IMG/VR virus record: IMGVR_UViG_2693429557_000011
Reading direction: 5' to 3' (one strand)
Source: a virus
Taxonomy: Duplodnaviria > Heunggongvirae > Uroviricota > Caudoviricetes
DNA length: 29,524 nucleotides
In this document: in pieces, positions 25,850 through 29,524 of the stretch
Layout of the letters: each line of letters starts with the position of its first letter
Position numbering within the stretch: position 1 is the stretch's first letter
Notes under the pieces: model-generated
What the model saw: the letters and a program-made list of their open reading frames with translations, nothing else
Databases searched by the model: none
What the model was told of the DNA's origin: nothing
Made by a program: the position numbers and the translations under genes

Positions 25850-26962
25850 CGCAGTGTGAACACCGTTGGCAAATCGGCATTCGTGGAGGCTGTCGGTCGG
25901 GCGAGCGATGATGCGGAAGGTTACTTGGATTTTTTCAAAGGAGAGATAGGGAAAACACATCTGGCTCAGGAGCTGTGGACGCAGATTGATAACGGTCAGC
26001 TTGCGCCTGACCTGGCTGAAATCAGGACGTCCATTACGGATGTCAGCAATGAAATCACGCAGACCGTCAATAAGAAACTGGAAGACCAGAGTGCGGCAAT
26101 TCAGCAGATACAGAAGGTTCAGGTTGATACAAATAATAATCTGAACAGCATGTGGGCTGTGAAGCTGCAACAGATGAAGGACGGACGCCTTTATATTGCG
26201 GGTATCGGTGCCGGTATTGAGAATACGCCAGCAGGAATGCAGAGTCAGGTGCTGCTGGCGGCAGACAGGATTGCGATGATTAATCCTGCGAATGGCAACA
26301 CAAAGCCGATGTTTGTTGGTCAGGGCGATCAGATATTCATGAACGACGTGTTCCTGAAACGCCTGACGGCTCCCACCATTACCAGCGGCGGTAATCCTCC
26401 GGCATTTTCCCTGACACCGGACGGAAAACTGACCGCTAAAAATGCAGATATCAGTGGCAGTGTGAATGCGAACGCCGGGACGCTCAACAATGTCACAATT
26501 AATGAGAACTGTCAGATTAAGGGGAAACTGTCAGCCAACCAGATTGAAGGCGATATAGTCAAAACAGTGGGTAAGGCTTTTCCGCGGGACTCCCGGGCAC
26601 CGGAGCGGTGGCCATCAGGGACCATTACCGTCAGGATTTATGACGATCAGCCTTTTGACAGGCAAATTGTTATTCCGGCGGTGGCATTCAGCGGCGCTAA
26701 ACATGAGCGGGAGAATAACGATATTTATTCGTCATGCCGCCTGATAGTACGGAAAAACGGTGCTGAAATTTATAACCGTACCGCGCTGGATAATACGCTG
26801 ATTTACAGTGGTGTTATTGATATGCCAGCTGGTCGCGGCCACATGACGCTGGAGTTTTCGGTGTCAGCATGGCTGGTGAATAACTGGTATCCCACAGCAA
26901 GTATCAGCGATTTGCTGGTTGTGGTGATGAAGAAAGCCACCGCAGGCATCAGTATCAGCTGA
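25850..26962 (+). CDS. C-terminal part (about 370 aa) of a lambda J-like host-specificity / central tail fibre protein (5-prime truncated at NN)
   Basis: Open frame with no plausible start, lying immediately upstream of lom as J does in lambda; assignment is mainly positional with only a vague sequence recollection. Confidence 0.5.
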   Translation, partial: RSVNTVGKSAFVEAVGRASDDAEGYLDFFKGEIGKTHLAQELWTQIDNGQLAPDLAEIRTSITDVSNEITQTVNKKLEDQSAAIQQIQKVQVDTNNNLNSMWAVKLQQMKDGRLYIAGIGAGIENTPAGMQSQVLLAADRIAMINPANGNTKPMFVGQGDQIFMNDVFLKRLTAPTITSGGNPPAFSLTPDGKLTAKNADISGSVNANAGTLNNVTINENCQIKGKLSANQIEGDIVKTVGKAFPRDSRAPERWPSGTITVRIYDDQPFDRQIVIPAVAFSGAKHERENNDIYSSCRLIVRKNGAEIYNRTALDNTLIYSGVIDMPAGRGHMTLEFSVSAWLVNNWYPTASISDLLVVVMKKATAGISIS

Positions 26963-26981
26963 ATTTTATAACCCATATACG

Positions 26982-27008
26982 GGCGCCAGAAATGGCGCCT
27001 TTTTTATT
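26982..27008 (+). terminator. Rho-independent terminator after the J-like gene
   Basis: GGCGCC (26982-26987), a 6-nt loop, GGCGCC (26994-26999), then TTTTTTATT. Confidence 0.6.
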
Positions 27009-27029
27009 GCAGAAAAGCGAGAGGTAATT

Positions 27030-27661
27030 ATGCGTAAAGTTTGTGCAGCCATTTTGTCCGCAGCCATTTGCCTGGCCGTATCCGGTGCGCCTGCATGGGC
27101 GTCTGAACATCAGTCCACACTGAGCGCGGGGTATCTTCATGCCCGTACGAACGCTCCCGGCAGCGATAATCTGAACGGGATTAACGTGAAATACCGTTAT
27201 GAGTTTACGGACGCGCTGGGGCTGNNNNNNNNNNNNNNNNNNNNNNNNNNNNNNNNNNNNNNNNNNNNNNNNNNNNNNNNNNNNNNNNNNNNNNNNNNNN
27301 NNNNTACAGCGATACCCGCTGGCATGAAGATTCCGTGCGTAACCGCTGGTTCAGCGTGATGGCGGGGCCGTCTGTACGCGTGAATGAATGGTTCAGCGCG
27401 TATGCGATGGTGGGTGTGGCTTACAGCCGTGTGTCGACTTTCTCCGGGGATTATCTCCGCGTAACTGACAACAAGGGGAAAACGCACGATGTGCTGACCG
27501 GAAGTGATGACGGTCGCCACAGCAACACGTCTCTGGCGTGGGGGGCTGGCGTGCAGTTTAACCCGACCGAATCCGTGACCATTGACCTTGCTTATGAAGG
27601 TTCCGGTAGTGGTGACTGGCGAACGGATGCATTTATTGTTGGTATCGGATACCGTATCTGA
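27030..27661 (+). CDS. lom: Lom-family outer-membrane beta-barrel protein (Ail/Lom/OmpX/PagC family), interrupted by an 80-N gap
   Basis: Signal peptide MRKVCAAILSAAICLAVSGAPAWA, GINVKYRYEFTD, VMAGPSVRVNEWFSAYAMVGVAYSR, and the C-terminal AYEGSGSGDWRTDAFIVGIGYRI, nearly identical to the lambda Lom C-terminus as recalled; the two halves are out of frame because of the gap. Confidence 0.8.
27225..27304. other. Run of 80 N (assembly gap or masked segment) inside lom
   Basis: Literal n characters; flanking reading frames are offset, so the true length is unknown. Confidence 0.95.
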
Positions 27662-27766
27662 CAACAGACGCCGATTTATCTTCTGTAAATATTGTTATGA
27701 TACGCAGGTTCATCCACCTTATGGGGTGAACTGCGTTTGAGGAAACGTAAAGTTACACTGTCCTGA

Positions 27767-27798
27767 AGCCCGTGGCGTCACTGCTGCGGGCTTTTTTT
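27767..27798 (+). terminator. Rho-independent terminator between lom and stf
   Basis: AGCCCG (27767-27772), 14-nt loop, CGGGCT (27787-27792), running into T7. Confidence 0.55.
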
Positions 27799-27812
27799 AT
27801 TGGTGGAAAAGT

Positions 27813-29524
27813 ATGACAGTAAAAATTTCTGGCGTGCTTAAAGATGGCACAGGAAAACCAGTACAGAACTGCACCATTGTGCTGAAGGCCAGACGAACCA
27901 GCAGCACGATGGTGGTGAACACGGTGGCCTCTGAAAATCCGGATGAAGCCGGACGTTACAGCATGGATGTTGAGCATGGTCAGTACAGCGTCACCCTGCT
28001 GGTTGAAGGTTTTCCGCCTTCACATGCCGGGACCATTACCGTCTATGAAGGTTCCAGACCAGGTACGCTGAATGATTTTCTCGGTGCCATGACGGAGGAT
28101 GATGTCCGACCGGAGGCACTGCGCCGCTTTGAGCAGATGGTGGAAGAGGTGTCACGTAACGCCTCCGCGGTTGCACAGAATACGGCAGCCGCGAAAAAAT
28201 CAGCCAGCGAGGCGGCAACTCATGCAACCGATGCTGCAGCCTCAGCACGTGCCGCCAGCACGTCAGCCGGACAGGCCGCGTCGTCGGCTCAGTCAGCGTC
28301 TTCCAGCGCAGGAACGGCATCGACAAAGGCCCGTGAAGCAGCAAAAAGTGCTGCTGCAGAGTCATCAAAAAGCGCGGCAGCTACCAGCGCCAGTGCCGCG
28401 AAAACGTCAGAAACGAATGCCGCAGCATCACAAAAATCGGCAGCCACTTCTGCATCCACAGCGACCACGAAGGCGTCAGAAGCTGCCACCTCGGCACGGG
28501 GTGCGGCGGCCTCAAAAGAGGCAGCGAAATCTTCAGAAACGAATGCATCATCAAGTGCCAGTAGTGCAGCTTCCTCGGCAACGGCGGCAGGAAATTCCGC
28601 GAAGGCGGCAAAAACGTCCGAGACGAACGCTAAGTCTTCTGAAACAGCAGCGGGACAGAGCGCCTCAGCTGCGGCAGGTTCAAAAACAGCGGCTGCATTA
28701 TCTGCCAGTGCCGCGTCAACAAGTGCCGGGCAGGCCTCAGCCAGTGCCACCGCCGCCGGAAAATCGGCAGAAAGCGCCGCATCATCCGCTTCAACAGCCA
28801 CAACGAAGGCTGGCAAAGCCACTGAGCAAGCCACTGCAGCAGCGAGGTCTGCTTCTGCAGCAAAAACCTCTGAAACAAATGCAAAGACTTCAGCAGACAA
28901 TGCTGCTTCCTCTAAGGCAGCAGCCGCATCGTCAGCCAGTTCAGCGGCGTCATCGGCATCATCTGCGTCTGCTTCAAAAGATGAGGCGACCAGACAAGCG
29001 TCAGCAGCGAAAGGTAGTGCCACGACAGCAACAACGAAAGCATCAGAGGCGGCAGGCAGTGCGACGGCTGCATCTCAGAGCAAAGTTGCTGCTGAATCCG
29101 CGGCAACGCGCGCCGAGACAGCAGCAAAACGGGCAGAGGATATTGCATCCGCCGTGGCGCTTGAGGATGCGAGCACGACGAAAAAGGGGATAGTACAGCT
29201 CAGCAGTGCGACCAACAGCACTTCCGAGTCACTGGCGGCAACGCCAAAAGCGGTTAAGGCGGTAATGGGTGAAACGAACAAGAAAGCGCCCTTAAATAGT
29301 CCTGCACTGACCGGAACGCCAACAACACCAACTGCGCGACAGGGAACGAATAATACCCAAATCGCAAGCACGGCTTTCGTTATGGCTGCGATTGCCGCAC
29401 TTGTAGACTCTTCGCCTGATGCACTGAACACACTGAACGAGCTGGCGGCGGCGCTGGGCAACGACCCGAATTTTGCGACCACCATGACTAACGCGCTTGC
29501 GGGTAAGCAACCGAAAGATGCCAC
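27813..29524 (+). CDS. stf: Side tail fibre protein Stf (lambda Stf-like), 3-prime end beyond the window
   Basis: MTVKISGVLKDGTGKPVQNCTIVLKARRTSSTMVVNTVASENPDEAGRYSMDVEHGQYSVTLLVEGFPPSHAGTITVYE parallels the lambda Stf N-terminus, followed by a long Ala/Ser/Thr-rich repetitive region and the conserved LSSATNSTSESLAATPKAV module. The frame is open to the last base; it is absent from the ORF track because it has no stop in the window. Confidence 0.8.
   Translation, partial: MTVKISGVLKDGTGKPVQNCTIVLKARRTSSTMVVNTVASENPDEAGRYSMDVEHGQYSVTLLVEGFPPSHAGTITVYEGSRPGTLNDFLGAMTEDDVRPEALRRFEQMVEEVSRNASAVAQNTAAAKKSASEAATHATDAAASARAASTSAGQAASSAQSASSSAGTASTKAREAAKSAAAESSKSAAATSASAAKTSETNAAASQKSAATSASTATTKASEAATSARGAAASKEAAKSSETNASSSASSAASSATAAGNSAKAAKTSETNAKSSETAAGQSASAAAGSKTAAALSASAASTSAGQASASATAAGKSAESAASSASTATTKAGKATEQATAAARSASAAKTSETNAKTSADNAASSKAAAASSASSAASSASSASASKDEATRQASAAKGSATTATTKASEAAGSATAASQSKVAAESAATRAETAAKRAEDIASAVALEDASTTKKGIVQLSSATNSTSESLAATPKAVKAVMGETNKKAPLNSPALTGTPTTPTARQGTNNTQIASTAFVMAAIAALVDSSPDALNTLNELAAALGNDPNFATTMTNALAGKQPKDA

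Larger units (their letters stand above)
25850..29524. mobile_element. Lambdoid prophage tail-end fragment (J 3-prime end - lom - stf)
   Basis: Gene order J-lom-stf as in lambda; Lom and Stf are recognised by sequence. Confidence 0.55.

Noticed and set aside
28099-29193. 364-aa plus-strand ORF and 244-aa minus-strand ORF (28289-29023) within stf
   Set aside because: Alternative-frame and antisense readings of the Ala/Ser/Thr-rich repetitive fibre shaft; the real Stf frame starts at 27813 with a recognisable N-terminus and stays open to the window end.

Overview
This window is Escherichia-type DNA made of three parts, read from sequence and remembered protein-family signatures only (no database search was run). 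(1) Host genes nlpC-btuD-btuE-btuC on the minus strand (30-2915). (2) The left arm of a P2-like prophage inserted just beyond btuC: an AT-rich two-gene cargo cassette next to the integrase, a P2-type integrase, a C-like repressor facing a cox-like gene across a promoter/operator switch, small early genes, and an HUH replication protein A. Between A and the packaging genes, where P2 carries tin/old, sits the most interesting content: a ParM/ParR-like plasmid-partition cassette with upstream repeats, followed by three small unknown genes. Then come a structured cos-proximal region, Q/P packaging genes, O-N-M-L capsid genes, X, a holin / SAR-endolysin / overlapped-spanin lysis cassette, and tail genes R-S-V-W-J-I plus the 5-prime part of H. 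(3) After an NN at 25848-25849 the sequence switches to a lambda-like J 3-prime end, lom (interrupted by an 80-N gap) and stf running off the window end; this join may be an assembly artefact. The best candidates for an undescribed system are the ParMR-plus-three-genes accessory locus (10681-13117) and the integrase-proximal two-gene cassette (3108-4146).
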